The translations under genes and the position numbers were made by a program. The notes under the pieces are model-generated. The model did no database searches, was not told the origin of the DNA, and saw nothing but the letters and a program-made list of their open reading frames with translations. From the human T2T-CHM13v2.0 reference genome, Homo sapiens: a stretch of DNA of 64,000 nt. The DNA lies in assembly GCF_009914755.1 (NCBI RefSeq), contig NC_060925.1, one strand, 5' to 3'. Positions 13,201 to 26,810 of the stretch are shown here, one piece after another (position 1 is the first letter of the stretch; each line of letters opens with the position of its first letter).

Positions 13201-13679
13201 CCAGGCGATCAGAAAAAAAATGATTGCTAGAAGCTGACCTTGTACAAAAGAACACACAACAAAACAGCTCTCAACACAATCACTCCCCGACCCTGTCCCA
13301 GAGGATAGCAGCTTAGCCCCAGGAAGTTAGAAAAACCACAACGAATTTCAGTGGCACATGCTGAAAAGGTGACGGCCACCTTGTGGCAAGGCCGAAGAAG
13401 AATTCCCTCCGTGACTAAGTGCTGATATTTAACTCAGAGTTTTGGCAAGGCGGCTCTGGGGATTTGGCACCCAAGGCTCTGAAATATCAATATATGTTCG
13501 GAGACTGTGGTGAGTGACAAGGATCTCATTCAGGCAATAAAGGGGCAATCAAATTAAGTTACCAGCTAGGAAAGGAAACTGACCTTGAACAAAGGGCGAG
13601 AGTGCAACCTGGGGCAGAGCTGTTTCCAGGAGTTGGCCACTGCTCCTGCTTGCAGGTAATAGAGAATGGGGCAATGCTC

Positions 13680-13870
13680 TTCAACCCGTTAATCCCCAAA
13701 CTTGCATGAGTGAGAGTCACCTGGTGTACTCATTAAAATTACAGGTACAGGTTGCTGGGCCCCACTCCAGACCCACTGAATTAGAATCTCTGACACAGGG
13801 CATGGGAATCTACACTTTTAAAACTAGTGCCCTGGATGCTTCCTGTGTTGATAAACCTGTGGAAATTACT
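13680..13870. mobile_element. MER5-family (hAT-Charlie) DNA transposon
   Basis: tcacctgg..ttgctgggccccactccagacccactgaattagaatctctg..gggaatctacactttta. Confidence 0.75.
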
Positions 13871-13894
13871 GGCTAGAACACCAATACTTTCCTT

Positions 13895-14075
13895 ATTGGA
13901 TCCTCTGGTATACTATCTGGCCTTGGGCAAATTTTCCCTTCTCCAAACTTTCATTTCTATATCTGTAAAATAGGGATAGGGACCGCTGCCTCTCAAGGAT
14001 ATATTGTATTTGAGGAAGAAATAAAATGAGTAAGTCGGGGTGCAGACAGCACCTGGCACTTAGGAGATGTGCAGT
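13895..14075 (+). mobile_element. MIR SINE
   Basis: ccttgggcaaa..atctgtaaaatagggata..cacctggcacttag. Confidence 0.7.
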
Positions 14076-14631
14076 GCATGTGAATCCTGCCCTTGTAGGT
14101 GTGAAGAGGCCACTGTCTTCCACATCAGGCCCCCAAAGATGCCTTAAATTTCTCTTTCTGCTTTCAAATTTTTGGCCCAGAGATACTGAGCATCAGCCTC
14201 AAATGCTCCTGCCCATCAGGGAGGATTACTGGGGTGAGGGGGTTGGGAGCTGTGCCCTTTCTGTGGAACCAGTACCACAGGACTCCAGAGCCCTCAGTGG
14301 CAGCAGGATATCATGACGGTTTCTTTGGGAAGCTCTGCCAGGAAAAGCCAGGGTCGAGTTAACCTCCCAAGTCCTTGATGGAATCAGCCCAGGCTGATGA
14401 CTAATCTTCTAGGTTTCTTCTCCCCACTCCTGGCTCCTGCCAGGTCTCTTAACAATCCCAAAACAGTAGACCCGGTCCAGGGACAGGGGCTCTCAGCTCA
14501 GAGTAAGGCCTTGAGGGATGCGTTACCTCACTCTTGGCTCAAGTCTGCCAAGAGATAGGATTAACTGGGGAGTGGGGGAGGGCCTGGCAGTCAAGAGACC
14601 TGAGTGAGGAGACAACAGGCCAGAGACAGTG

Positions 14632-15036
14632 TGTGATAGGCTGAACTGTGTCCTCTCCAAATTCATATGTGGAAGTCCTAACCTCCATTATCTCAGAATG
14701 TGGCTGTATGAGGAGACAGGGCTTTTAAAGAGGTAGCAAGGTAAAATGAGGTCATAATTAAGTTAAAATGAGGTCATGAGGCTGGGTCCTAATCCAGTAT
14801 GACTGGTGTCCTTGTAAGAAAAGGAGATTAGGACACAGACTTGTGTGAGCACAGAGGAGTGGCCATGTGAGGACAGGGGAAAGATGGCCATTACAAGCCA
14901 AGGGCTGAGGCCCAGAAGAAACAGCCCTGCCAATACCTTCATCTCAGATTTCTGGTCTTCAGAACTGTGAGAAAAGAAATTCCTGTTGTTGAAGCCATGC
15001 AGTGTGTGTATTTGTTATGCAGACCAAAGTCATACA
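14632..15036 (+). mobile_element. MLT1B-like solo LTR (ERVL-MaLR), full length
   Basis: Starts TG (tgtgataggctgaactgtgtcc), ends CA (..ttgttatgcag..cataca); internal taaaatgaggtcat, ctaatccagtatgactggtgtcctt, cagaactgtgaga; ~400 bp. Confidence 0.85.
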
Positions 15037-15172
15037 GAGGGCCAGGGACTTAGGCTTTCATGCTGGACTCTTTTCCCTGGCTCTCTGGCTTGGATTTTGG
15101 GAAAAGACTCCCTCAGTTTTCTCATCGGTAAAAGAGGAAAACAATATTGCTTACAGGTTAACAGCACATCTC

Positions 15173-15454
15173 TTTTTTTTTTTTTTTTGAGACAGGGTCT
15201 CACTCTGTCACCCAGGCTAGAGTGCAGAGGCATGATCATGGCTCACTGCAGCCTCAACCTCCTGAGCTCAAGCAGTCCTCCTGCTTCAACCTCCTGAGTA
15301 GCTGGGAATACACCTGGCTAATTTTTAAAATTCCTTGTAGGGAGGGGCCTTGCTATGTTTCCCAGGCTGGTCTCAAACTCCTGGGCTCAAGCAATCTGCC
15401 TGTCTTGGCCTCCCAAAATGCTGGGACTACAGGTATGAGCCACAGCGCTCAGCC
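15173..15454 (-). mobile_element. AluJ element
   Basis: T16 then gagacagggtctcactctgtcacccaggct..ctcctgggctcaagcaatc..gagccacagcgctcagcc; J-type diagnostics. Confidence 0.92.
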
Positions 15455-18400
15455 AACATAGGGAAATCTCAGAGGAGATAATACTATAGGTATGGCCTGG
15501 TATACAATAAATGCATGATACATGTAATCTCCCTTCCCTGTTTAATCGTGTCAAGTTTGGCCAGCCCTGTAAGCACTCTGAAAACCTCAGTTTTATCACA
15601 TAGGATATGAGGATCACAACCCTTGTCTGCCTCATTTAATGGAGCTGGTGGGAAACCCAGTGAGATAACATAAGGGACAAGGTTTGAGAAAATATAAAGT
15701 ACTTTATGGATGAGAGAAACCATGGCATCCAGGAAAAGCAGGATGTCACCTTCCCCAAGAGATGCTTTAAAATTGAGAAGTATAGAACACTAAAAAGAAC
15801 AGTGGGTTTAGACACAGGCTTTGGGTCCAAGTCATAGCTCTGCCATTTCTGTGAAATTTTAGACACCTCACTCAACTTCAGTTTCCTGCCTACAAAACAG
15901 GGATGATGACAGCTGTGATGGAAGATGCTAATACTTTGCATTCAAATGTCCACCAAGTCCCAGGTGGTTCTGCGGACTTGTCCAACTCAAGAAGTTTTCC
16001 CTCCTGCCCCCAACAGCATCATGCTAAGGCAATGTCTGAGGAACCACTCCAGCTCCGGAGAGAAACTCTACTTCTTTCCATTCAGAATCCCATTCTGATA
16101 CTCACATCGGGGGCTTCTAAAATCCTAACATAGAAGACCTTGGCATTGGCCTTCCTCAGCTTTCAACTGGACTGACAGAGCCCAGCCTTCTGCCACTCCA
16201 CATGTGCAGTCCACACAGAGTCTCATTCTAAATCACAGTTGACCTCTAGCTTCTACCCGCCATCCATCATGACTCAGAATCAGGATGAGGGAGAGTATTT
16301 GGGATGAGGCAAAACCACCACAAAAAGCGTGTTCAAAAAAAATCTCTTTCCAGCAACTTGTATTCATGGGAGGTTGTGTGTAAGGCTGGGCCTCAAAGAG
16401 GGTCTGAGTAGAGGGGTGGATTTGCTGTCCTCAAGGGACTTCCTAATTCTAGGTCGTCTGGCTCCATTAACAAGCAAAAACATTAAGTTGTCAGGACTTG
16501 AACCACTGATCAGAAGGTGAGGTCAGAGCTTATTGATGAGCCATGGAGCATTAGCTCTGTAATTACCTACCAGTCAACAGCTGACTTGTCAAAACCACAC
16601 TGAATGTAATTACTTTCCACTTTGCTAGACTGGAGAATGAATGAGGAAGACGGCCTAAGTCATCCTTCCAGTTTTGAGGCAACATTTTGAAAATCTAATA
16701 AGAAAGCACTCCTTGGCAGTCATATGGCATTCTAAAAATGTCCTGGAAAATGTGCCCAGAGAAACATTATTTCTCTGGCTCTGCAGGCATTCAGAATCTG
16801 GCTGCCTAGGCCACTGCGTATACAGTCCCAGAGACCCAGGCTTCACATCCCAGAAGGAATTGGGAAGAGATGAGGGATTTTCCTTTCCATGCCCAAGGGC
16901 TATCACTATGACTACAGTTAAAGACTCATGGGTGTGTCTATTCTGTGCTGAGCATCACAAAGTGCTCTCAGTCTTCACTGAAGTCAAACGGATTGGCTCC
17001 TTCTCTTAAGCCAAGTCTGTGAAGCCCTGGACAGTGGTGAAGAGAAAGCTTGCCAAAGAGGTCTATGTTAGTGAATAGTCCAAAGAAGAAGGGAGAGAAG
17101 GGGAAAGCAAAGCAGAAGCAGAGAGAATCCAAACATTCTCTGTCTTCAGCCCCCGCCAGAGCACTAACGTAGTCATAGGCTGAGTTCTGACCCCAGACTC
17201 AGCTGACACCAGGGCTAACCTTTGACTGGGCTATTCAACTAAGCTTTGCCTCAATTGTGGTTTGGAATGTGACTGGTAGTATGAGGATCAATTAGAGTTC
17301 AGGGAAGAACCCTGCTTATTTGGCCGTCCACTTGGAAGCCCGGAAGAAGGAGTCAGCAGGTACCTTAATTCAAGTGCCACTTATGCCTAACATTGTGAAA
17401 AGGCAACATGCATCTAACAGTTTAAAGAGGGTGGCCTAAAAGGCATCAGACACCAGGGTTAATCCAAAAATAAAAACTTTTTTTTTTCTTTATAGAATGC
17501 CAATCAGAAAACAAACTTTGAGATCCTTATCCATTAAAAATAAGGAAAAGAGAGAATCCAAGGAAAACTACTTTGGTGCTAGACTATAGGAAATCTAACT
17601 AGGGCAGAATCAATCTAGACTTCCTACAAAATGTTCTGTATAAAGCACCTTGCTGTGGTGGAAAGAAACAGGTAATCAGAGGGCCCAGTTCAATTCCTGC
17701 CTTCACTTCTCAGGCCTGAGAAAACACTGTGCAGGAGGAGCTCTGAAGGCAAATGACTCCTGAGGCAGGGCAGGTGAGTAAAGGACTGGAGCAGACACTC
17801 TGGAGATATAGGCTGAGGCAGAGACATGGTGCATGGTGCACACGGCCTGTCTGGAGGGGCCAGCCCTCCTCAGCAACTGCCAGGAACTGTCTGGTAGGAA
17901 TGAGGCCCCAAGTTCCACGATCCTTTCATAGAATTTTTCAAATTTGAATCAGTCAAATGAGACCTTGACTTCTATATAAAATCTCTAATTTCTAAGTATT
18001 GGAAACTAACTTTTTAAATTAAAAAATAATGTCCATGGGGCTAATACATTTTTATTGTAAGCCATGGAGCCTTAAACATCTTACAGAGATGTTTTACTAT
18101 CTCATTGTGTCAGTATAATTCATTCTTTAGGTCTCACTTGTCCCTTCTTAGGAATTAGACGAGAAGACTTCTCTTCAGCCTTCTGCCTGTGCCATTCCAG
18201 GAGTCATGACCCCCCCATAGCCATCATCTCAGGAAGCCTTGTCAGAACAAGATGCCTTGGGCTCCATGTGGGCAGGCGGGTTAATCTTCCACCCCTCCAT
18301 ATCACCAGGAGTGGAAAACTGACAGTACTTACTCCTAGCTGTGCAGCCTTTGAAAAATTAGAGTCTATTGCTGCATCTTTGAAAAAAGACATAGAAATGC

Positions 18401-18689
18401 TACCTTGAAGGACTCTTATGAGCATTACAAGGAGATGGCATATGAAGAACTAGCCCACGGCCTGGCATATGGGAAACTCTTAGTAAATGGTGTCTCCTTT
18501 CTTCACCTAGGAAGTAGGGGTGCAAGCAGGAAAATGAAAACTGAATTACCAAAATAATTAAATAAAATCTACCTCCCATGAAGTCAGAGCCAGTATCTCT
18601 TGATCACCAGCCTTAAGCTCTGGATCATGATGGCAATAGTCACAACTAAAATTGTTGTGGAGCAGCATCTTAGAATCTACTAAGCTCTG

Positions 18690-18920
18690 TCATGCATCAT
18701 TTGCCTTTCACAAAAGCCCTCTGAGTTAGGCTTGTTGTTGCCCCCATTTTAGAGATGAGAAAACTGAGGCTCAGTATGGTCAATTGACTTTTATGTAACT
18801 GTTTCATTGAATCCCCTCCAAATCCCTATGAGATAGCCATTGTCATCCCCATTTTACAGATGACAAAACTGAGCATCAGAAAGGGGAAGTCACTCAGCTT
18901 GTTAATAACACAGCCAGGAT
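18690..18920 (-). mobile_element. Two adjacent MIR fragments
   Basis: Two cores: cccattttagagatgagaaaactgaggctcag and cccattttacagatgacaaaactgag. Confidence 0.75.
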
Positions 18921-20857
18921 CTACTGGTCCTTCATATCTTAGCTTAGTTATTACCGCCTCCAGGAAGACTTACCCACAGTCTCCTTGCCCTCACCTTGGT
19001 TAGGTGCCCTGCCTCTGAATCCCCACAGTCCACGCATGGCTTACTTCCTCTGCTGAAGCAAGTTCACATCAAATTGTTAATGAACTCTTTACCTCCCTCT
19101 CTAGATGGATGCTCTTTGCACTTTGTCTTGCTCAAGTTTGTTTAGAGCAGTGCCTGGCACATAGCAGCAGGTAAGGAAAATGTGCTGAATAAATGCCTAA
19201 GATTAGGACTCCCACCTCTGGCTTACCCATTATATCGTTCAGCACACAGCGCAATGCTTTGAACATAGAAAGTGTTCAATGAGAATGTGTTGAACGAGTA
19301 GAAAGATAACAGAAAGGAAGACAGGAGGAAGAAAAGAAGAAACAAGAGAAAAAAGGGACTAAGGAATACAAGAAGGACAGGCAGGTCTAGCTCTTTCTAC
19401 CCAGCCAGGGCCCCCAAGGAGCTGTGACACACGGTGGGGACTTTCGGCCATGCACAGTTTGGTGGACATGGCCTCTAGAAGTCCTGAGATCTGCCATGGA
19501 TCAGTTGCTTGATCTTGGTGAAGTCACGTCCTCGCTCTAAGCCTCAGTGTCCTCATCTAGCCACACAGTGTAGGATTCAACTCAGCAACCTCTGAGGGCC
19601 TAGTCAGTGCCCAGACTCTGCCCCAAGGCCATCCTGAGTGACTCTGGAGATACTTCCACAAGGATTGGGGGTCGCCCTTTGCCTGTCTGCATTGACAGGC
19701 CCCTGGGTGTGTGTATATGTGTTAGGGCTCACACCAGGCTTAGCTGTCTGGTCAGTACCAGGTAATACTTGCAGGCAGGAACAGTGAAACTCATAGGGAG
19801 GGGGGACCAACACAGAGGGGCAGGGGGTGGGGCAGCGGGGCAGTCAGGTAAAGGACAGACAGGCAGGGAGACACTCATGAAGTCAGAGACAGACAAACAG
19901 CGGCAGATGAAGCACAAGAAGAGAACCAGACCAATGTGGAGAAGGTGAGAGACAGCGCCGCAGGCACACAGAGAGCAAGGGAAAGAGAAGAGGAGGGGGC
20001 AAAGAGAAAGGGCTGGGAGGCAAGGCCAGGGGAGCTGCCAACCACTGGCATCAATTAAAAAGTTAAATGGGTATCCAGAGACTGTGAGGCTTGGGACAGA
20101 GCAGGGCTGCTTAATGGAGAGGAGAGGCGGTGGAGAAAAGGCCCCGGTGGGCCGCGGGTGGGCGGGTGCTCTTGCTAGCAGGTGATGAGTCTGTGCTGCG
20201 GCACCCCCACAGGCTGACGCAGGGAGGCCCTGTGCTCACACTTTCCTTCACCTCTCAGAGAAATCGTGGAGGCAGGGAGCGAGGGGAGAGGCCATCCATG
20301 CAAATGAAATGTTCTGGTCTGGTGATCTCAGATGGGGCTGACCAGGCTATTGTGGAAAAACTCCACAGACCAGGCTGGAAACCCAGATCTGCTGACCAGC
20401 AGCTGTATGACCTTGAGGCTACTTCCTGACCTCTCTGAGCCTCACTGTCCTCCTGTGAAATAGGGGCATTCGTGTGATCTGCTGCCTCAGTGCTCACAGA
20501 GTTTCCAGTGATTACACAGGGTGGTCTGTGGCAGGCCCTGGACCAGCACCCTCGGCTGGCACTCCTGCCTTCAGGTCCTGCTCCTGCAGACCTATCCGCA
20601 GGTCTGGCAGGCTTCCCTGAAGTTTCTGCTCAAGCATCAGCTTGCAGAGAGCCGTCCCTGGCCACCCTTGACAGAACAGCTGCTCCTCCTCCAGCTACTT
20701 CCTTTGTTGTCTTTTCTCCATAGCACTCATTACCCCCTGATGTGTATATATTTATTTTCTTTTCCTTCACTAGAATATAGGCTTTAGAAAGATGTAACTG
20801 TCATTTTATTTACTGCTGTATCCCCCAAACCTAGAACAGTAGGTATTAAATATTTGT

Positions 20858-20937
20858 GGAAGGAAGCAAGGAAGAAGGAAGGGAGGGATGAAGGGAGAGA
20901 AGGAGGGAGGAAGAGAAGGAAGGAGGCAGGAAGGAGA
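20858..20937. repeat. GA-rich low-complexity tract
   Basis: Degenerate (GGAA/GGGA)n following an L2 3' end. Confidence 0.85.
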
Positions 20938-21791
20938 CATTTATGCCACTGCATTCACAGGGTCCCTCAGTGGATCGTGAGAAACTAAACATGTTGGAAA
21001 AGATGATGGAGTTGAGGACCTCTCACTCCACTCAGTCTGGGCTGGTCCTCCTAGTGGGTGGGACCTAGAGCTCTCTCTATTCTCAGCCCTCCCTAAGCTT
21101 CCAGGGCGCTCCTCCTTCCTGCTTCCTCATCTCCATGCCTCCACCCTTGGTGCACCACCTGGGATCCAGAATGTATCCAACTGCTTCAGAATCCTGAAGA
21201 TGTCTTGCCTGTCTTTAAGGCTTAACTCTTGTTCCATTTCATGCACCCATTTATTCAACAAAGACATTGCTGAGTGTTTGTTGCTGAGAAATGATACTAT
21301 GATGTTATGCAGTCCTTGGCCTCTAGGGACCCAGACTCCCCCAGTATTAGAAGACAAGCCTCGTTCCCTTTGCTTACACTGCAGGAAAGGTCTGAACATT
21401 GCTGAGCCACTGCTAGCATCTTCACAGAAGATGACACAAAGAGCATTCCTGAGATTAAGGAAGGCCTCCCAGCTTTGGACCAAAAGCAAGCAAGGTCTTG
21501 TGGGTGGAAAATGGTTTGGTCAGAGAAACTCCACAGATCCAGGAAGAGCATTGCAAAGCTCTTTTTTTTTTTTTGAATTTAGAAATTCTAAAAAGGAGAC
21601 ACAAGAGGGAAGGGGAGCCTGTGGCCATCTGTGGGAAGAAGTGGGGGTGTCAGTTGCAGGGAGCAGGATCAGGATGAAAGTTTCTACTTTTGAGCCTCAG
21701 GCCCAGCTTGGCATCTATCAGGCAGTGGACATCTAGAACCCACTAGTATCTAGGACATTTAGGCAGGATCCCCATTCAGAAAGAAGATCCA

Positions 21792-21968
21792 TTGTGGTGA
21801 AACCCCGTCTCTACTAAAAATACAAAACTTAGCTGGGCTGTGGTGGTGCACGTGTGCCTGCAATCCCAGCCACTCAGGAGGCTGAGGCAGGAGAACTGCT
21901 TAAACCCAAGAGATGGAGGTTGTGCCACTGAACTCAGCCTGGGTGACAGAGCGAGACCCGGTCTCAAA

Positions 21969-21999
<31 letters not shown>
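21792..21999 (+). mobile_element. 5'-truncated AluS with A/GAAAA tail and 14-bp TSD
   Basis: Begins at tggtgaaaccccgtctctac; TSD agaaagaagatcca (21778-21791) / agaaacaagatcca (22000-22013). Confidence 0.9.
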
Positions 22000-22004
<5 letters not shown>

Positions 22005-22136
22005 CAAGATCCACTCCCTGTCATGGAGTCCTTATACTCAGAAAGCCCAGCAACATGTATTAACAGGAAAAGGACTGGGCCCAGACAGCTGCAACACAAG
22101 CCAGACAGTGAGGAGGCTGCATTATGGATGACGGTC

Positions 22137-22293
22137 ACCTACCTACCTACCTACCTACCTACCTACCTTCCTTCCTTCCTTCCTTCCTTTCTTCTTTCCT
22201 TCCCTCCCTCCCTCCCTCCCTCCTTCCTTCCTTCTTTCCTCCCTTCCTCCTTCTGTCCTTCTTCCCTTCCTCCTTTGTTTCCTTCCTTTCTTT
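22137..22293. repeat. Compound STR: (ACCT)8 followed by (CCTT/CCCT)n pyrimidine tract
   Basis: Read directly. Confidence 0.92.
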
Positions 22294-22505
22294 ATTTTAA
22301 CAAGTATTGCCCAGGCACTAGGGCTGGGGTAATCTTCAATGAAGAGGGTAGCCATCACTCACAGCAGCTGGGAAATGGGTATATCTGCCCATTAAAGGGA
22401 ACTTATCACACCATGTTAGAAAGTTTTTTCATTATCCCGAAAGTACTGTGTGTGTTGGGATGAGATGGCCTGTGACTTGAGGGGTGAAGAGGCTAGTCAG
22501 ATTTT

Positions 22506-22827
<322 letters not shown>

Positions 22828-23389
22828 TCAAGAGGGCAGCAAGTCTGTTCCTGCGCCATGGAGCCCATCACATGGCCCAGGCCTGGTTCTCAGAGTGTTT
22901 GCTAAATGAGTGATTGTATGCTAGTTGAATAAATGGAGAAAGTCAGGGCCCATCCAGGCCCCAGCCTTGAAGACTTGCATTAGTTTCACTGGACTGGAGG
23001 GTCATGAGCACCAAGTGTGTACTGAGCTGGAAGACCAAGTTTGAGTCATCAGTTCCTTTGATTCCCAGAACACCCTTTGATTTGGAGGATGGGGTGGGGG
23101 GCGCAGAGACTCTCAGTTTTATCATGTAATAGATGCAAAAATAAGGAGGCAACTTTCCCAAGGTTTTACATTAAACCAGGGGAAAGATTAGGATTCATTA
23201 ATCCTAATCTGCCATCAGATGTCAGAGAAAGAAGGACCACTGGAGAACAAGTGTTCAAGCCCCTCCTTTTCCAGATGAGAAAACAGATTGCTAGAGAGGG
23301 GCTGAGTCCCACTAAGGGTCACACTGACATTAGTGGCAAGTCACATATAAGATGTTTTCACATATAAGATGTATTAACAGGAAAAGGAC

Positions 23390-23442
23390 CTTTTCTACTT
23401 ACGTCCTATTTTTCCATACAAAATAGGACGTAAGTAGAAAAG
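23390..23442. repeat. Perfect inverted repeat, 23-bp arms, 7-nt loop
   Basis: cttttctacttacgtcctatttt (23390-23412) tccatac aaaataggacgtaagtagaaaag (23420-23442). Confidence 0.97.
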
Positions 23443-23529
23443 CCTCATTTGAACATAATCAATGTTGGAAATCTATCCTAGTCAGGTAGGAGAGTAAGCA
23501 AAGGGCTTAAAGCCAGACTTGGACCACCC

Positions 23530-24165
<636 letters not shown>

Positions 24166-25639
24166 ATTAGAGTAATCAGGGAAGACTTTCAGGAGAAAGG
24201 AGTCCTGGAGGAAGGAAGAGTATTCAGAAAGGCAGAAAGGAGGCAGAAACCACGACAGATGGATGTAATGTCATGAGCGTTAAGAATGAGAATGTTCGCT
24301 CAGGGAGGTACTGGGCTGTCTGGAGTTGAGTCATGTGGGTGAGAAATTGGGGTTGGAGACCTCTGAGTATCTCCTCCCTTGTTCTACACAGTTCATTCCA
24401 ACTGCCATGATCATTTGCATAACTCTATGGGGTAAAAAGCACCCTTACACTCACCATGCATTTATATCTTCACACCAGCCCTCTAAAATAGACCCAGAGC
24501 AGAAGACAGCTGCCCAGCCTCACATAGCTGTTAGTGCTGGAACCCAGCCTCCCTCCTCTCCCCTGCTCCTCTCAGAATACCAGCTCTGCCTAGAAGCCAA
24601 GGGCCAGAGGAATCTCTCATCTGAGCCCCACAAAAGCCCGTGCCTTCCACCTCTGTGCCTTTGCTTTGCCTTTTACTGGACCTACCTTCTCTCACCCTCC
24701 TTGTGGCCTGATCCTCCCGACTCTGCCCAACTTGGGTCTTTCTTCCTTTGGGAAACTCATTCCAACCCTTGTCATATCAGAATCCACACCATTTTTTTCT
24801 CTTCCATGCAATTCTACTAGGAAGAATCTGAAGTTTTATTGTAAAACAAGTTTCTAAAGATTTTTCTAATCAGGTTGTTACCTCCCTCCCATTCAAAGTC
24901 TAAGAGGGAGGAAGGAGAGAGGAAGTAGAGATACAGGGGGAAGGGTGTGAGAGACCCTTTACCAAGTCCCTGATGTGACAGCACAGAAGCAACTAATGGC
25001 ATAGAGTGGTATTTTCAAAAAGAATGAAGCAAAATCTAGCCAGGAGTCCAGTTAATTACGAGCTCTAAAGAGGCACTGACAGCTTCCAGAACCAGTACTG
25101 GGGGCGGCACGCTGGGGAGCTTTGGAAGTCTGCCATGCCAGCCTCCCACTTGGACCTGCAGGTAATGCTGGGGAGTTGGAAAGGCTGTGCGCGCCTGTCT
25201 GTCGAGTCACCCACACAGAGAGCAATGCAGGAGGCGGAAAGAAGTCTGGGAGAGGAGCGTGGGCTGGCCACCCCCAACGGAACCATAAGGGGAGTAAACA
25301 GTCTGTTTGCAAACACAACTAGGACCCCTCTTCCCATCAAGGCAGAGCTGGATCCAAATCCTGATTCTATCCATGTGAGGACTGTGATATTCAGCAGGTC
25401 AGGGCTTCAGCTTCAGTCAGCTTGTCTATACAGGTGATCCAGGGGTGATCCAGGAAGTCAAAAGAGCTTGTGTTTGTTGTAGAGCTTGACACATTGCAGG
25501 TATCAGTTGTAGGCTAGTGACCACCTCTTTGGCTTTCTCTCTCCCTCCATCCTCTCACTCTCTCCTCTTCTTACACAGGGAAATGGATTAGGAGGGAATT
25601 ATAATGCTCTCTGTAAGAAGCCCGCAATACCACCAATAG

Positions 25640-25830
25640 CAGCTGATACATATTGAGTGTTTACTCTCTGCCAGGCACTGTTGTAGTTTCTTACCTGGAT
25701 TACTTCATATAATCTTCTGAATAACCCTATCCAGGAAGAGTAAGAACTCTTATTAACTGGCCCATGGTCACTGAGTTGGTAAAAGAAAGATGCAGGATTC
25801 AATCCTAGGTCACCTGGCTTTGCAGCTCCC
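25640..25830 (-). mobile_element. MIR SINE
   Basis: tattgagtgtttactctctgccaggcactg..gcccatggtcac..ggattcaatcctagg. Confidence 0.7.
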
Positions 25831-26810
25831 ACTGTTGATGTAGCCCACCAGAGATACCTACTCATTTCTTTGTATATTCAAAGCTCTTGGTTGCTTTCTT
25901 AAAGCGCTGATACTAATCCTTATCTGTTTGTCCTTGCTTAATCTCCTCAGCAAGTCCCCGGACCCTGGGCAGGGCTGGGTGTAGATTGAGTGCCCAGTGA
26001 GCATTGGCTGGGAAAGGGAGTGTATCTGAAGACTATTTGCACAGGAAAGATATTTAGTCCGATCTCACCATCAACATGACAGAGAGGAAGCCAGGCTAAA
26101 CCAGAGGTTACATTTCTTGTCCCAGTTGCTTAACACGGTGGTGGATGAACAGAGAATTGCTCCCAGAGTCCTTGACCCATGGCTGACCTGCTTTCCCTGT
26201 CACAGAGCCCGTTTGGCCAGGTGGTCTCCGCGCTGACCTGTCGGCTGACTCCACAAAAGGAAATTTCACGGTGGCGTGTGTGCATGTAGACAGGTCAAGG
26301 CGTGCTTTCGTGCAAGGCAGCCTGGAATCAGCAGGAAGCTCTCCTGAACTCATCCCTGTGCCTTGCCAGATGGGCACTCTGCTGGGCAGGTCACTGCACC
26401 CACACTGTTCAACTTCTTCACAAGACCGCTGGCCAAAAGGAAGGATCCAAGAACAAGCCTGGTGACATCCATTTCTCGGTCACTTCACAGAACAGCCGTG
26501 GACCCCAAAACATAAAACCCCTTTCTAAGTCTGCAGGAAACCTGGAAGGGCACTGACAGCCTTCCGTGACTGCAGGCTCTGCCCTGATGGAAAGTGGGAG
26601 GCAGCCTGGTGAAGTGAGCCCTCCTGCCGGGTACTGGGCAGGGCTCCAGGGGGCCACGGAATTGCGAGGATCTGGATCTGGCTTCTGAGTCTGACTTACC
26701 CTGACCTGCATGGGCTATACTCAACCAACCCCAGTCTCTGGACCCACAAGCCCTTCTTACGTTCCGCCTTTGTACCTGCTCTGTCCCCTGACCTGATTTT
26801 TTCCCTATTC

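Noticed and set aside
21200-21736. 178-aa ORF
   Set aside because: Overlaps L2-like sequence and a T-run; no recognisable domain or splice structure.
21840-22463. Longest ORF in the track (207 aa)
   Set aside because: Runs through Alu, poly(A) and the ACCT/CCTT STR; low-complexity translation and no protein family resemblance.
25433-25453. Short tandem duplication of ggtgatccagg
   Set aside because: 11-bp slippage duplication; common and uninformative. The same applies to the ~20-bp imperfect duplication near 34435-34473 and the aaaatgaggtcat duplication within the MLT1B LTR.
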